From: Felis catus
Lineage: Eukaryota
NCBI RefSeq assembly: GCF_018350175.1
Contig: NC_058369.1
Location: 163,370,001-163,434,000 of the forward strand
Direction of reading: 5' to 3'
Length of the DNA stretch: 64,000 bases
The notes under the pieces were generated by a model. That model was not told the origin of the DNA and ran no database searches. It worked only from the letters and a program-made list of their open reading frames with translations. Of the stretch, positions 22,951 through 34,729 are shown one piece after another; the stretch's first letter is position 1; every line of letters begins with the position of its first letter. Made by a program: the position numbers and the translations under genes.

Positions 22951-25249
22951 GGGGTCCTCATCCGCGACCGGGGGTCTGCACGCCCCTCACCCGCGCGGGG
23001 ACACCAGGGACACGGCCGTGGCCCCCACCAGGCGTCCCTCAGCTGCGCGCCCACCAGATGCGGTGATCTGAGAGGCCTCCGAATCCTGCCAAACCCGAGG
23101 GCCATTCGCTCATCCTGGGTGTCTGTAACCCAGCCTTCTCTCGTGACACCTCCTCCAGGGACACCCCCTCCCGGTGACACCTCCAGCTCATTACCTCCGC
23201 CACTTAACGCTCGCTAATAACGAGCTCTCGCCTGCAATCACGCTGCCAGCGCCCGGGGCAAAGACAGCCTCCAGCTGCTTGCATGCCTGGGCTCGTGCCG
23301 CGACCGTGCTGTCTAGACGGTGGCACGGGGCCTGTCAGCATCCAAATGACAGCACGTGCCCAAGCCGCCGAGCGTCAAAGCCGGCTCCTTGCCTGGGACG
23401 GCACATGCTGAATGTGACTCTAAAACAAAACGCCAGAAACTTCCCGCGGCACCTCCCTCCTTACCCCCTTTGTCACATAGACAGGTTGGGACTCCCGAGG
23501 CCCTAGGAATCTCAGGGTGGACCCTCAATTCTCCTTGTGACCGGGCCGCTCCAGGACCACGTGTTGCTAGGATGTACCCAGAGCACTCAGCCTCCCCCCC
23601 TCCCCCCCTCCCACCAGCTTCTCAGGCCTCCCCTCCTCAACGGCCCATCCTTCAGGGTGATCACCTCCTTCAGGCTGGGTCTAGAACAACCCAGCTCTCT
23701 CTGTTGGAGAGCCCCGTTAGGGCTTAGCTCAGCGTACCCCAGACCAGCCATGATGTACAAGGACTCGCCACGTGGGGACCTGGCTGTGTTGTACCTCCCG
23801 GGGACCCCAGCTGCCCCCCCCATCAGCCCCACCTACTAGGCAGGCCTCCACCCTCAGACAGCCTCAGACAACTTTAGAGTTGCCCCGAAAACGCACCAGG
23901 GTTCACCTTTTCTTTAGGATTCTGCATGAAAAAGCCAAGCCCTGCTAGCTGGGGGAACAGGCCCACGCTTAACACAAGGCAGTGGTTAGGTTGTGGGGCA
24001 AGGGGCAGGACCTTTGTTTGGGGGCTTGACTTTCCTGCACAGCATTGCATTTGTTTCCACAGTGACCAGCACTGGGTGACAGCACCAGGCTCCCCCGGCA
24101 GCCGGTGACAGCACCGTTCTGGGCCGGCGGCAAAGGCGGGGGGAAGCTGGGAGGGGAACGGGCTGCCCTGACCTTCAGAACAGCCTAGGCAGGAGAGTAA
24201 GTTCGTCTGATGCTTCTGAGGAAGGAGGAGCTGAGGAAGGCACCCTCATTACACCCACCCCCCAGATCTCTGAAAGCCCACTTCAAATTGTTCCTTTCAA
24301 GGCCTTCCCCCTGCTCCACGGGCCTGAGGCCTGAGCTGTCTGCTGGGCACTTCCCTCGGGACCCCCTGAGTCCATTCCTCCTGCCGGATTATGGTTCCTG
24401 AGGGCCGGGACTAAGTCCCTAACACCCCCAGGGCCCCACGGCGCCCAGCCTGTCACAGGGGACTCCCGCTGGTGAGGTGGCCAGAATGGCGGGTGGGGGC
24501 TGGGCGGGGGCTGGGCGGGAAGGACTCAGACCAGAACCGCAGGCCTCCCGGACCAGGAGCCAGGCCAGCCTCCTCGCGCTCTGCCAAGAGGAGGCTCAAG
24601 AAGGTCCAACTCACGCGCAAGGGGCCTGGAGTCCCTGTGCGCTTGAGGCCCGCCTACTGAGGCCACGCCACAGGCTGCCGCAGCCACCCCCTCCCGCCAG
24701 GAACAAACCCCCGCCGGGGTTCTGGAAGCCGTGTAGAGGGTGGCCACCGCATGTCCGGAATTCGTTTTCTACAGCCCCGGCGTGTCGGGCAGAAGCAGGC
24801 CCCTCCCAGCTAGCAGAGAGCGTGTGTGCACACGGTGTGCAGGTGCGTGCACGAGCACACACACGGCTGAGCACAGAGGAGGTGGGGCAGCGTGTCTGTG
24901 GGTGAGGAGGAAGTGAAAGAAACCAGAGCCCCAGACCACTTTCACCTGAACCAAAAGCTGGTTTCGGGCTCACTGGTTCCTGGCTCAGACTGGCTTTGAA
25001 AGGCAGGAGCGGGGAGCCAGGAAGTGAGGGCGCTCAGAAGAGGTGGCGGAAGGGTGGAAGGAGATGTCACCAGGGTCTGGGGAGTGGGCCGCAGCAGTGG
25101 GAGGGGGTGACCAGAAGCACTGTCACGGGTCTGGCTCGGGGCCGAAGTGCCAAGAGGCGGCCTTGGGGTAAGACTGGAGGCCAAGAGCCAACACCTCTCA
25201 GGGGGGTCCCAGGGCTCCTGCTCCTGGGTTTGGAGGGGGCAACGCCTAC

Positions 25250-25288
25250 CTGTACCACGGCGGGTGGGTGCTGAAGGCCTGGAGTCAT
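25250..25288 (-). CDS. SMARCD3: SMARCD3 alternative first coding exon, MTPGLQHPPAVVQ (exon ~25250-25301 including 5'UTR)
   Basis: ATG at 25288-25286, 13 codons, phase-0 donor CAG|gtaggc and upstream acceptor ctgcag| at 25302. Matches the recalled human isoform N-terminus MTPGLQHPPTVVQ. Confidence 0.88.
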
Positions 25289-26229
25289 AGGTGGCGGGGT
25301 CCTGCAGCGGGGGAGTCATCCAGTGCCCCCTCGGTGCCCGGGCCCAGAGCCCACTGCACCTGCAGCACCAAGGGCCATTGTGAGGAGAATCTGAAAGGAG
25401 AGGGCAGTGGGAGGGGTGGCCCAGACCCTGAGCCCCAAAGGCAGAGTCCAAATGGACCTCTGAGGGCTGATGAGGGAGTCTGAGGGGGCCAGCTGGGTGG
25501 ACCACAGTCTGTGACAAGGAGGTCCGAGAAAGAGAACAGGAGGGGTGCAGAAAGGGACCAGGACGGAGGTGACAGGCAAGTGGGAGCCGTGTGAGAGCAG
25601 GAAGCAGTCGGCAGAGACCAGGTCTTGCAGGACTGAGCTAGGACAGAGCAGAGCAGAGAACCCAGGCAAGACCCAGGCCCGGCAGGGGAGGCCAGTTTGG
25701 GGGACAACAGGGTGGCCACAGGCAGCGAACGGGGAGGGGGGCAGCCAGGCCTCGGAGGCATAGGGCACGACCCGGAGGCCCGGATGGGACCTGGATGGCT
25801 TCTGGAGCCCAGGGACATCTGAGGGAGCCCGAGGGGTGGCGGGCAGGTAGAGAAGGCCTGCTCGTGACCCGCCCGCTCTGCTCATGCTGGCCTCTCCCCG
25901 GGTGCACAGCTTTCCTGGTCCCACCCTCCTGCACAAGCAGGAAGGCCACAGGCTGGCGTCGGAACCCACTTTGTGAACTGGAGTCCTTGAGCGGGGGGGT
26001 GTGGGGAACGAGGAAAAGGCAGTGCTATAGGTATGGGGTCGGGGGGCTTGAGAGCGGTTCAGGGTCACACGTAGGTGGTGTTGGCCAGGAGGCGACTCTG
26101 ACAAGTGTGAGGAGGCAGGACAGGTCATGAGAGGAGGAAGATGCCCCTGGGAGAGAGGTTACCGGCTCAGGGCTGGGGGGAGGTGCCTTACAGGAAGGCC
26201 GAAGACAGAGGGACAGGCTGGGTGGGAGA

Positions 26230-27165
26230 GGGGTGTCCAGGCGGGATGCCAAGTGGAGACAGGGGAGGTGCCAGGCAGGGGAAGGAGGGGAGGTGCCAGG
26301 CAGAGGGGAAGGAGGGAAGGTGCCAGGCAGGGGGGAAGAGGGGAGGTACCAGGCAGGGGAGAGGTGGGGAGGTGCCAGGCAGGGGAGAGGTGGGGAGGTG
26401 CCAGGCAGAGGGGAAGGAGGGAAGGTGCCAGGCAGGGGAGTGGGTAGGAGGGAGAGGGTGCCAGGCAGGAGCAGGATGGCAACATGCTCGGCAGGGAGGA
26501 GGTGACAGGCGAGGGGGAGGAGTAGGTGCCAGACATGAGGGAGGAGAGGAAGGTACCAGGCAGGAGAGTGCCAGGCAAAGAGAAGGAGGGGGCATGCAGG
26601 TGGAGGGAAGAGGGGAAGGAACCAGGTACAGAAGGAGGGAAAGATGCCAGGCGGGGGGGGGGGGGGAGTATTAGAGAGGAGGTAAGATGGGAGCCATGGG
26701 AGAGGTGCAAGGAAGGGGGGAGGAGGAAGAGACAGATACCCGGCTCGGGGTGGGGGAGGTGCCAGGCAGGGGGAGGAAGAGAGTCAGGAGTGGGGGGAGA
26801 GATCAGGAAAGGAGGAGGGGATGACGATGCCAGGCAGGGAGGGGGAGTGCCAGGTAAGGGGAAGGCGCCAGGTAAGGGGAAGGTGCCAGGCAGGGATAAG
26901 AAGGAAGATGCCAGGCAGGGGGGGAGACCAGAGAGATGCCAGGCAGGGAGGAGAATGGGGAGAGGCCGGGGGGGGGGGTGGAGGGGGCTGTCAGACAGGG
27001 GGAGACGCCAGACAGGGGGGAGGAGGATGCCAGGCAGGGAGGAGGAGGGATGCCAGGCAGGCGGGAGCAGAGGAGATACCAGGCAGGGGGGAGGAGGGAT
27101 GCCAGGCAGGGGGGAGGAGGGATGATGCCAACAGAGGCAGGACGGGTGCTGCCAGGCAGGGAAGG
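26230..27165. repeat. Purine-rich degenerate minisatellite with core RTGCCAGGCAGG
   Basis: About 25-30 core copies separated by variable G/A spacers. Confidence 0.9.
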
Positions 27166-27530
27166 CGGGGGCGCCGGCGCAGCGCGGCCGGGCGGCGTCT
27201 CNNNNNNNNNNNNNNNNNNNNNNNNNNNNNNNNNNNNNNNNNNNNNNNNNNNNNNNNNNNNNNNNNNNNNNNNNNNNNNNNNNNNNNNNNNNNNNNNNNN
27301 NNNNNNNNNNNNNNNNNNNNNNNNNNNNNNNNNNNNNNNNNNNNNNNNNNNNNNNNNNNNNNNNNNNNNNNNNNNNNNNNNNNNNNNNNNNNNNNNNGCA
27401 GCGTCGCCCCATCCAGGCGAACGTGCGATCGCCACGCTCGCGCCCCGGCCAAGTTCATTGTGATTCTCAGCCTGTGCACGGAGGAGCCTTAGGTCTGTAG
27501 ATGCACCTACGCGCCCGCGGATTGACACAG
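27150..27530 (-). promoter_or_regulatory. SMARCD3: CpG island / candidate distal SMARCD3 promoter; the gap at 27202-27397 (196 N) may hold a non-coding first exon
   Basis: CpG-dense flanks about 2 kb upstream of the MTPG exon, which carries a splice acceptor. Confidence 0.6.
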
Positions 27531-28204
27531 ACTGTCAGCAGCCTAAGTGACGGCAGACATTACCTGCTCTGGATCACACAGGCTCACAGACACATTTGCA
27601 CGCACACAAACACCTCCCTGGAAGGGGGGGGTGGGGGCGCGGCGAGCGGGGAGTGGTGGTTCGGTTCCACTCCAGGTTCAGGGCCAGGCACTGACTGATG
27701 GCACCTCCTCCTACCTTTATGCACAGGCCCTCGCCCCACATCCACTCAGATGAGCGGACTCTCGTCACCCCGTGGGGTCTCCCAGGAGTCGTCCTCGAAC
27801 CACCAGTGGCAGCTAGCACGGTGCCTGGCCTACGGTAGGGGCTCAGCTCTTCCCTGCTGAGAGGGATGAGCCTCAGAGAGCCTGAGCCAAGGTCCGAGGC
27901 AGTGGGAGCCTCTGCGTGGCGGAGCCAGCAGGTAGGGACTTTTGGAGTCAGGGTCCTGCCCACCCCCCTACTAGGAAGAGCTGTGATTGAGGCCCCGGTG
28001 GAGGTGGAGACCTGTCCCCTCAGAGTCTCGCCTCTTCCCCAGATGCCTAGCCTGGCCCCATCCGGGCCACTCCTCTCACACCGTGGGCATTTGGGGATCC
28101 GGGGCCCCCAGCGCTGCCTGGGCCTGCACCGTCCCGGAGAGGAGCGGGCTTGGAGGCTTTTCCACCTCCACTTTGTTGTTGTTGTTGTTATGTTTTCCTT
28201 TTTT

Positions 28205-28700
28205 ACTTAAAACTTTTTCCCCAATTATGTTAAAATACACATAACACAAAATTTGCCATCTTAACTGCTTTGAAGTATATAGTTCAAAGCTGTAAAGTGT
28301 TTTCACTTTGTTGTGCAGATGATCTCTGAACTTTTTCACTTAGAAAACTGAAACTCTACGCATTAAGCAATGACTCTCCATTCTCTATCCCCTTGGGCAC
28401 CCGCCGTTCTGCGTTCTGTTTCTATGAATCTGATTGCTCAAGGCCCATCGTATAAAAACCTTCATACGGTATTTGCCCTTTTGTGCCTGGCTTATTTCAC
28501 TGGGCATAACGTCCTCAAGGCTGACCCCTCAAGGTGTCAAAATTTCCTTCCTTTTCCGGCTGAATGAGACTCCGCTGTATGGATATATACACGATATATA
28601 CACCGTATACATGTGTATCAACCACATTTTGTGTATCCATTCATCTGTCCATGGATAATTCGGTTGCTTCCACCTTTGACCACTGTGAATAATGTTGCTT
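28205..28700 (-). mobile_element. L1M 3' fragment
   Basis: aaatacacataacacaaaatttgccatcttaact...ggcttatttcactgggcataa...tatccattcatctgtc. Confidence 0.85.
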
Positions 28701-28730
28701 TTACACCCCCTTTAAAACCTGTTGACATTA

Positions 28731-28943
28731 AGGGTGCCGGGTGGCTCAATTTGTTAAGCGTCCGATTCTCGATTTCGGCTCAGGTCATGATCTCTCGGTT
28801 CATGGGTTCATGGGAATGAGCCGTGCATTGGGCTCCACGCTGACAGCCCAGACTTGGGATTCTCTTGTCTCCCTCTCTCTCTCTCTGCCCCTGTCCTGCT
28901 AGCGTTCTCTCTCTAGATAAACAAATGAACATTTAAAAAAATA
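28731..28943 (+). mobile_element. Can-SINE
   Basis: Head, (CT)n tract, A tail. Confidence 0.88.
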
Positions 28944-29452
28944 AACAAACCATGTCGATACTAAACTGGACAGAAACATACTCCAGCTCAGCCCTGGAAA
29001 ACCATGCTTGATCCTCCCCAGCCCCTGTGACTCTATTTTCAAGACCCTTCCCCAGAGCACCTCAGATCTTTGGCTGCTAAAGGACCCGTGGTGGCCTTCT
29101 TCCCAAATTTGCTTACTCAATGCTCTCGATCAAACGTATTCCTGCTGACAACTCCATGCTGTCCTTCCTAGGAACATTTATCTCTTAACAAGGGACTCTT
29201 GGAAATGCAGGGAAAGGAGAGGAGGGGATAGTTTGAGGTGGGGAGGATTTGCCCAATGACTTGGGGTTGGGAGGGATGGAAAGCTGTCTGGATAGTGGGA
29301 TCTGAGGGGGCCTGAAAGACTTCCCATGACCCAGACTTCACCCCCTTGGGCAGACAGGAGTCTATTTAGAGGCAGTACACATCTGCCTGCCCTCCAGCTC
29401 TCTCCTCTCCCACCAACACCAGCTACTAACTTGGCAGAATGAACCCTTCTGA

Positions 29453-29660
29453 GGGGTCCTGGACGGCTCAATCGGTTGAGCATCCGACTCTTGATCTCGG
29501 CTCCGGTCATGATCTCACAGTTTGTGGGTTCGAGCTCCACATCGGGCTCTGTGCTGATGGCATGGAGCCTGCTTGGGATTCTCTTTCTCTCTCTCTCTGT
29601 CTTCCTCCCTCTCTCTCTGCCCCTCCCCTATTCTCTCTTGCTCTCTCTCAAAATAAGAAG
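29453..29660 (+). mobile_element. Can-SINE
   Basis: Head, (CT)n tract; cccttctga on both flanks. Confidence 0.88.
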
Positions 29661-30319
29661 CAGCAGCCCTTCTGATGGGGTAGGTAGTTCGTTCTGAAGG
29701 TCAGGCAAGGTGACCAGGACCTGACATGAGGGTATGTGTGTTGGGGGAGGGGGTCACCAGAGGAGGCCCCCAGAGGGAGAGCAGGCAACCAGGACACAAA
29801 TAGGGGAAGCATCGGGCAGGCAGGCGGAGCGCTGGCCTAGGCCTGGCCAGAGGGGACAGGCAGGGGAGCCAGGTGGATGGTCCCGCCTCTTCTGGCCCTG
29901 TACCCACCCCTGCACCTCCCCTTTTCCTCCTCCCACTCACAGTCTGTCCGTGGGGGATAAAGTCATCAGAAGTCCAGCCCACGGCCCTTCTTTCTGACTT
30001 CCCAGGTGGGCAGGGTATGTCTCTATCCCAGTGCTTAACGGGTTGTTCTTAAGTCACTGGGCCCTTGTCCACCCCTCCTTCTGGACGGTGAGCTCCAGGA
30101 GGGTGGGACTGGTACTCGTTGGCCCAACCCAAGCCTGGTGCAGAGGAAGGTCCAGCAAATGTTTGGAGGAGGCTTCAGGCCGACAGGTCTATGGCTGCAG
30201 AAGGGGCTGGCACTGGGGACCTGGGAGGCCGGGGGGAGACTGAGCCAGAGGCTGGGTGAGACAGGGCTAGAGGTAAGGGGTGAAAGCCAGCCATTTGTGA
30301 GGCCCGGCCGTCCCTGCGG

Positions 30320-31345
30320 CACTGCCTGTATAGCAAGAATTTGGAAATACCTAAATGCTCGCCAATAGGCGACAGATTAAATAAATTGTGTGACAGGTGT
30401 AAACAGGCGATAAGAGACAGGATAAACAGGTGACAAGATAAATACATCATTCCGTGAATGCTATCAAACAATGGGGAAGCACTCCATATACCGATAGAGC
30501 AGGATCTCAGAGATAAGGTGAGTGAAAAAAATTGAGACGTGCAGAACAGTGTGTAAAGCAAGCTAATGTGTGTGTGTGTGTGTGTGCGCGCGCACACACG
30601 CACAGTCCTCTGGAAAGGGTACAAAAGGAACTGGTCCCTGGTGAGGAGGTGGGGGGGGGGGTGGGATGGATAGAGGAAGACTTACTCTCCACCGTGTGTT
30701 CTTTTGCGGCTCTTGAATTCAGAAGTGAAAGTTTACAAAAATCACCTCTATCATCATTCGTACTTTCAAATTAGACTTGAGCACCCACTGTGTGAAATCA
30801 GGCCACAGATCTACGTGCCTTGGATCAGGAGCCTGAGTGGGACTCTTTATCTGTTCATTTCTGTTACTTGTTTTGCATTTCTGCCTCGAGCTTGTCCTGG
30901 GGCGTGCCCAGCACTGTGTGAGGCTCTGCCGGACAGGGATGAAAGACGGGATTAATCCAGGTGAACAATTCGCTAAACCAGATGCGAGGCGTAAATGCAA
31001 TCATAGGGGCCACTCCCAACGCTGGAGGGGACAGAAGGAAGAATGGAGATTGCGGGGGGCTGGGGACAGGGGGCTGGGGAGTTAGTGTTTCATGGGGACT
31101 GCGTCTCTGTTTTTCCAGATGACAAGAGTTCCGGGGATGGACCATAGTTAAAAATACTGTATTGCATATTTGAAACTTGTTAAGAGAGTAGATCTTAAAA
31201 GTCCTCATCTCAAGAAAGACAAGGTTTGTAAGGATGTGAGGTGATCAGCGTTGACTACACTCATCATGGCGATCCTTATCCGATCATTACATTGTACAAT
31301 GAAACTAAGATAATGTTAGTGTCGGTTATACCTCAATTACAAATA
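30320..31345 (+). mobile_element. L1M 3' end fragments (two elements)
   Basis: atagcaagaatttggaaatacctaaatg...; aatactgtattgcatatttgaaacttgttaagagagtagatcttaaaagtcctca. Confidence 0.7.
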
Positions 31346-31375
31346 GATAAATAAGAATAAAAATAGGGGTGCCTG

Positions 31376-31598
31376 GGGACGCCTGGGTGGCTGAGTCGGT
31401 TGGGCGCCCGGCTTCGGCTCAGGTCATGATCTCACGGTTCGTGGGTTCGAGCCCCGCGTCGGGCTCTGTGCTGACAGCTCGGAGCCTGGAGCCTGAGTCC
31501 AGGATTCTGTGTCTCCCTCTCTCTCTGCCCCTCCCCTGCTCATGCTCTGTCTCTCTCTGTCTCAAAAATAAAATCATTTTTAAAAATTAAAAAAAAAA
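31376..31598 (+). mobile_element. Can-SINE inserted at the head of an older SINE
   Basis: TSD aaaaataggggtgcctg at 31359-31375 and 31594-31610. Confidence 0.92.
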
Positions 31599-31600
31599 TA

Positions 31601-31775
31601 GGGGTGCCTGGGTGGCTCAGTCCGTTGAGCGTCGGACTCTTGATGTGGGCTCAGGTCACGACCCCAGGGCTGTGGGATGGGCTGCACGCCGAGCAGCGTG
31701 GAACCTGCTTAAGATTCTCTTTCCCTCTCCCTCTGCCTCTCTCCCCCCCTGCTGGCGCCCCTCCCTCTTAAAACT
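31601..31775 (+). mobile_element. Older Can-SINE
   Basis: ggggtgcctgggtggctcag head; gaacctgcttaagattctct. Confidence 0.85.
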
Positions 31776-32384
31776 ACACAGGGTGTTTGAGTTTCCAGCA
31801 GCCCTGCAAGAAGGAAACAATTATTCAGATTTACACATGATATAACGCGGAGTTTAGGGAGCTCAAGAGACATGTCTGAGCTGGGATTCGAACTCATGTC
31901 CTTCGGGCTTCTTCCTGCCCCTGCAGGCGGCTCTGGGGAAGCAGGGCGGAAACTGGAGGGTGCGTGGACATTTCAGGAGAAGGCAGCCGGGGGGTGGAGT
32001 TTGGCCGGGCCATCCAGTCGTTTACCTGTGAACAGCAAGGGAGAAGAGGGCCCGCCAGGCAAGGAGTAGCCGGAGCCCCAGCCTGGCAGGTGAGTGTGCA
32101 AGGCATGCCCACGGACTGACCCGGAGCCCGGGTGAGCTGAAAGACAAGGCCGCAAAGGGACAAGCTTGCCCGGGAGTCTGGGCTGTGTCCCGGGGCCGGT
32201 AGGTGCCAGCAGGGACAGTTGCATGTCCTCGAGCTCCCAGGCTCTCCTCACAGTTTTCAGGACACAGGTTTTCACCTCCCCCCTCACTGACCCCCATACC
32301 CTCAGCTCAGGACAGGGAAGGTGCAGAGAGTCCAGAAATGGCTCTAAGATTGACTCAGATTTATTTCTGATTTGGCGCTTTTCT

Positions 32385-32608
32385 TTCCTTTTTTCTTTTC
32401 TTTTTTGTTTTTAATATTTTTATTTATTTTTGAGAGACAGAGCACAAGTGGGGGAGGGACAGAGAGAGAGGGAGACACGGAATCTAAAGCAGGCTCCAGG
32501 CTCCGAGCTGTCAGCAAGGAGCCTGATGCGGGCTTGAACCCACAAACCGTGAGATCATGACCGGAGCCGAAGTCGGGTGCCCAACTGACTGAGTCACCCA
32601 GCCACCCC
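32385..32608 (-). mobile_element. Can-SINE
   Basis: Antisense body. Confidence 0.9.
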
Positions 32609-32639
32609 GGTATTTTCCTTTTCTTAAAGAGTCCTCCTA

Positions 32640-32857
32640 GGGCGCCTGGGTGGCTCAGTCAGTTAGGCGTCTGACTTCGGCTCCGGTCACGATCTCACGG
32701 TTCGTGAGTTCAAGCCCCGCATCAGGCTCTGTGAGAGTATCTCAGAGCCTGGAGCCTGCTTTGGATTCTGCGTCTCCCTCTCTCTCTGCCCCTCCTCCAC
32801 TCACTCTGTCTCTCTCAAAAATAAATAAACATTAAAAAAAAATTTAATGAAAAAAAA
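32640..32857 (+). mobile_element. Can-SINE
   Basis: Full head, body and tail. Confidence 0.9.
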
Positions 32858-32859
32858 CC

Positions 32860-33365
32860 CAGACTATTTCTTAGAGCAATTTTAGTTTCACAGTAAAATT
32901 GAGTGGAAAGTACAGAGAACTCCCCTATACCCCCGTCTCCTCCCCCCAATCCACCCCCCTACCAGAGCGGTACATTTGTTACAGTCAACAAACCTACACT
33001 GACACGTCATTATCACCCAAGTCCACTGCCTACGCTAGGGCTCGCTTTCAGTGTCGCACATTCTATGGATTTGGACAAATGTGTAACGACACGTGTCTAC
33101 CATTATGCTGTCAGACAGAATAATTTCACTGCCCCGAGAATCCTCGGGGTGCTGTCTTCCCTCTCTCCCTCCCCACGACCCCTGATCGCCACAGTTTTGT
33201 CTTTTCCAGAATGCCACGTAGGTAGAAGCGTACAATATGTAGCCTTTTCAGGCTGGCTTGTTTCACAGAGTAATACGCACTTAAGGTTCCCCCATTCATA
33301 CCTTCTGCTTGTGGCCTGATGGCTTACTGCTGTTGGGAATAGTATTCCATGGTATGGATATATGA
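32860..33365 (-). mobile_element. L1MC-like 3' fragment
   Basis: ttagagcaattttagtttcacagtaaaattgagtggaaagtacagag...cattctatggatttggacaaatgt. Confidence 0.85.
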
Positions 33366-33387
33366 CGGTAATAACGATCTCTTTAAA

Positions 33388-33605
33388 TTTTTTTTTTCTT
33401 AACGTTTATTTATTTTTGAGACAGAGAGAGACAGAGCATGAACGGGGGAGGGTCAGAGAGAGAGAGGGAGACACAGAATCCTAAACAGGCTCCAGGCTCT
33501 GAGCTGTCAGCACAGAGCCCGATGCGGGGCTCGAACTCACGGACTGCGAGATCATGACCTGAGCTGAAGTCTGCCGCTTAACCCACTGAGCCACCCAGGC
33601 GCCCC
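33388..33605 (-). mobile_element. Can-SINE (young)
   Basis: TSD aataacgatctctttaaa on both sides. Confidence 0.95.
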
Positions 33606-33634
33606 AATAACGATCTCTTTAAAAAAGAATTCTT

Positions 33635-33881
33635 GGGGCGCCTGGGTGGCGCAGTCGGTTAAGCGTCCGACTTCAGCCAGGTCACGATCTCGCGGTCGGT
33701 GAGTTCGAGCCCCGCGTCGGGCTCTGGGCTGATGGCTCGGAGCCTGGAGCCTGTTTCCGATTCTGTGTCTCCCTCTCTCTCTGCCCCTCCCCCGTTCATG
33801 CTCTGTTTCTCTCTGTCCCCCCCCCCCAAAAAAATAAACGTTGAAAAAAAAAATTTAAAAAAAAAATAAAAAAAATAAAAA
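33635..33881 (+). mobile_element. Young SINEC_Fc copy
   Basis: Diagnostic gcgcagtcggttaagcgtccgacttcagccaggtcacgatctcgcgg; TSD aaaaaagaattctt. Confidence 0.95.
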
Positions 33882-34389
33882 AGAATTCTTGTTTGTTTGT
33901 TTCCTTAGCTTTCTGTGTACTTATAAACCCAGCCCGAGTCTCTGCTGACTATCTAAATGCCCTCTCAGGGCATCAGATTCAACAGGCTCTTCTGGAACCT
34001 TCTGACCTATTTGGGTCTGGGCCGGTTGCCTGCAGCTGTTGTCCTGGGATCTCCTTTGAATATAATCTGGGGAATTCCGTTCACCTCGCTACTGCTCTTT
34101 TATTCACTCACCGAACAGGTACTGAGTGCTTACCCCATGCCTGGCATCGTTCAGGTACCGGGAGACCGCAACGAACAGAAGGAGCCAGAAGGTTTGTCCC
34201 CATTTAGAGTTTACCTTCAAATGGGAGAAATGGACCACAGGGAAGCAAAGTACGTGGGATGTTCATCCCAGGCCTCTGGGGCTGGTTCAATATTCAGAGA
34301 TCAATCAATGTAATCTGCCCTATTAACAAGCTAAAGAAGAAAAAAAAAATCACAAAATCACATCAATTGATGCAGAAAAAGCTTTTAAA

Positions 34390-34565
34390 GGGGCGCCTGG
34401 GTGGTTCAGGTGGTTAAGTGTCCGACTCCGGATTTTGGCTTAAGTCGTGATCTCATGGTTCACGAGATCGAGCCCCGAGTTGGGATCTGTGCTGACATGG
34501 GGAGCCTGCTTGGGATTTTCTCTCTCTCTCTCTCTCTCTGCTCCTCCCCTGCTCATGCACACGCT

Positions 34566-34607
<42 letters not shown>

Positions 34608-34648
34608 ATACATTAATAAACATTTTTGAAAAATGAAAAAAAAAAAAA
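34390..34648 (+). mobile_element. Can-SINE within an L1 ORF2 fragment
   Basis: Flanks gcagaaaaagcttt / gaaaaagcatttgacaacattcaaca correspond to the L1 RT DAEKAFD region. Confidence 0.9.
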
Positions 34649-34729
34649 GGAAAGAAAAAGCATTTGACAACATTCAACACTCAAAAGGCAATTTGAGGAA
34701 TTCTGAGATGCCAGGAATGTTCCACATCT

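Larger units (their letters stand above)
1..27400 (-). other. SMARCD3: SMARCD3 (BAF60c) gene, 5' portion; the 3' part continues beyond the left edge of the window
   Basis: Spliced exons translate to recognisable BAF60c sequence ([23 protein letters not shown]..., [17 protein letters not shown]...). The distal MTPGLQHPP exon is specific to SMARCD3. The 5' limit is inferred from the CpG-rich gap at 27.2-27.4 kb. Confidence 0.93.

Noticed and set aside
24574-24610. Plus-strand tgccaagaggagg / SRSAKRR resembling the start of the missing SMARCD3 exon (SAKRRKM)
   Set aside because: Wrong strand, similarity ends after about 13 nt, and no suitable splice sites; most likely chance.
26230-27165. Repeat-spacer layout superficially like a CRISPR array
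   Set aside because: Mammalian DNA, core only 9-12 bp, low-complexity irregular spacers and no cas genes. Treated as a minisatellite.
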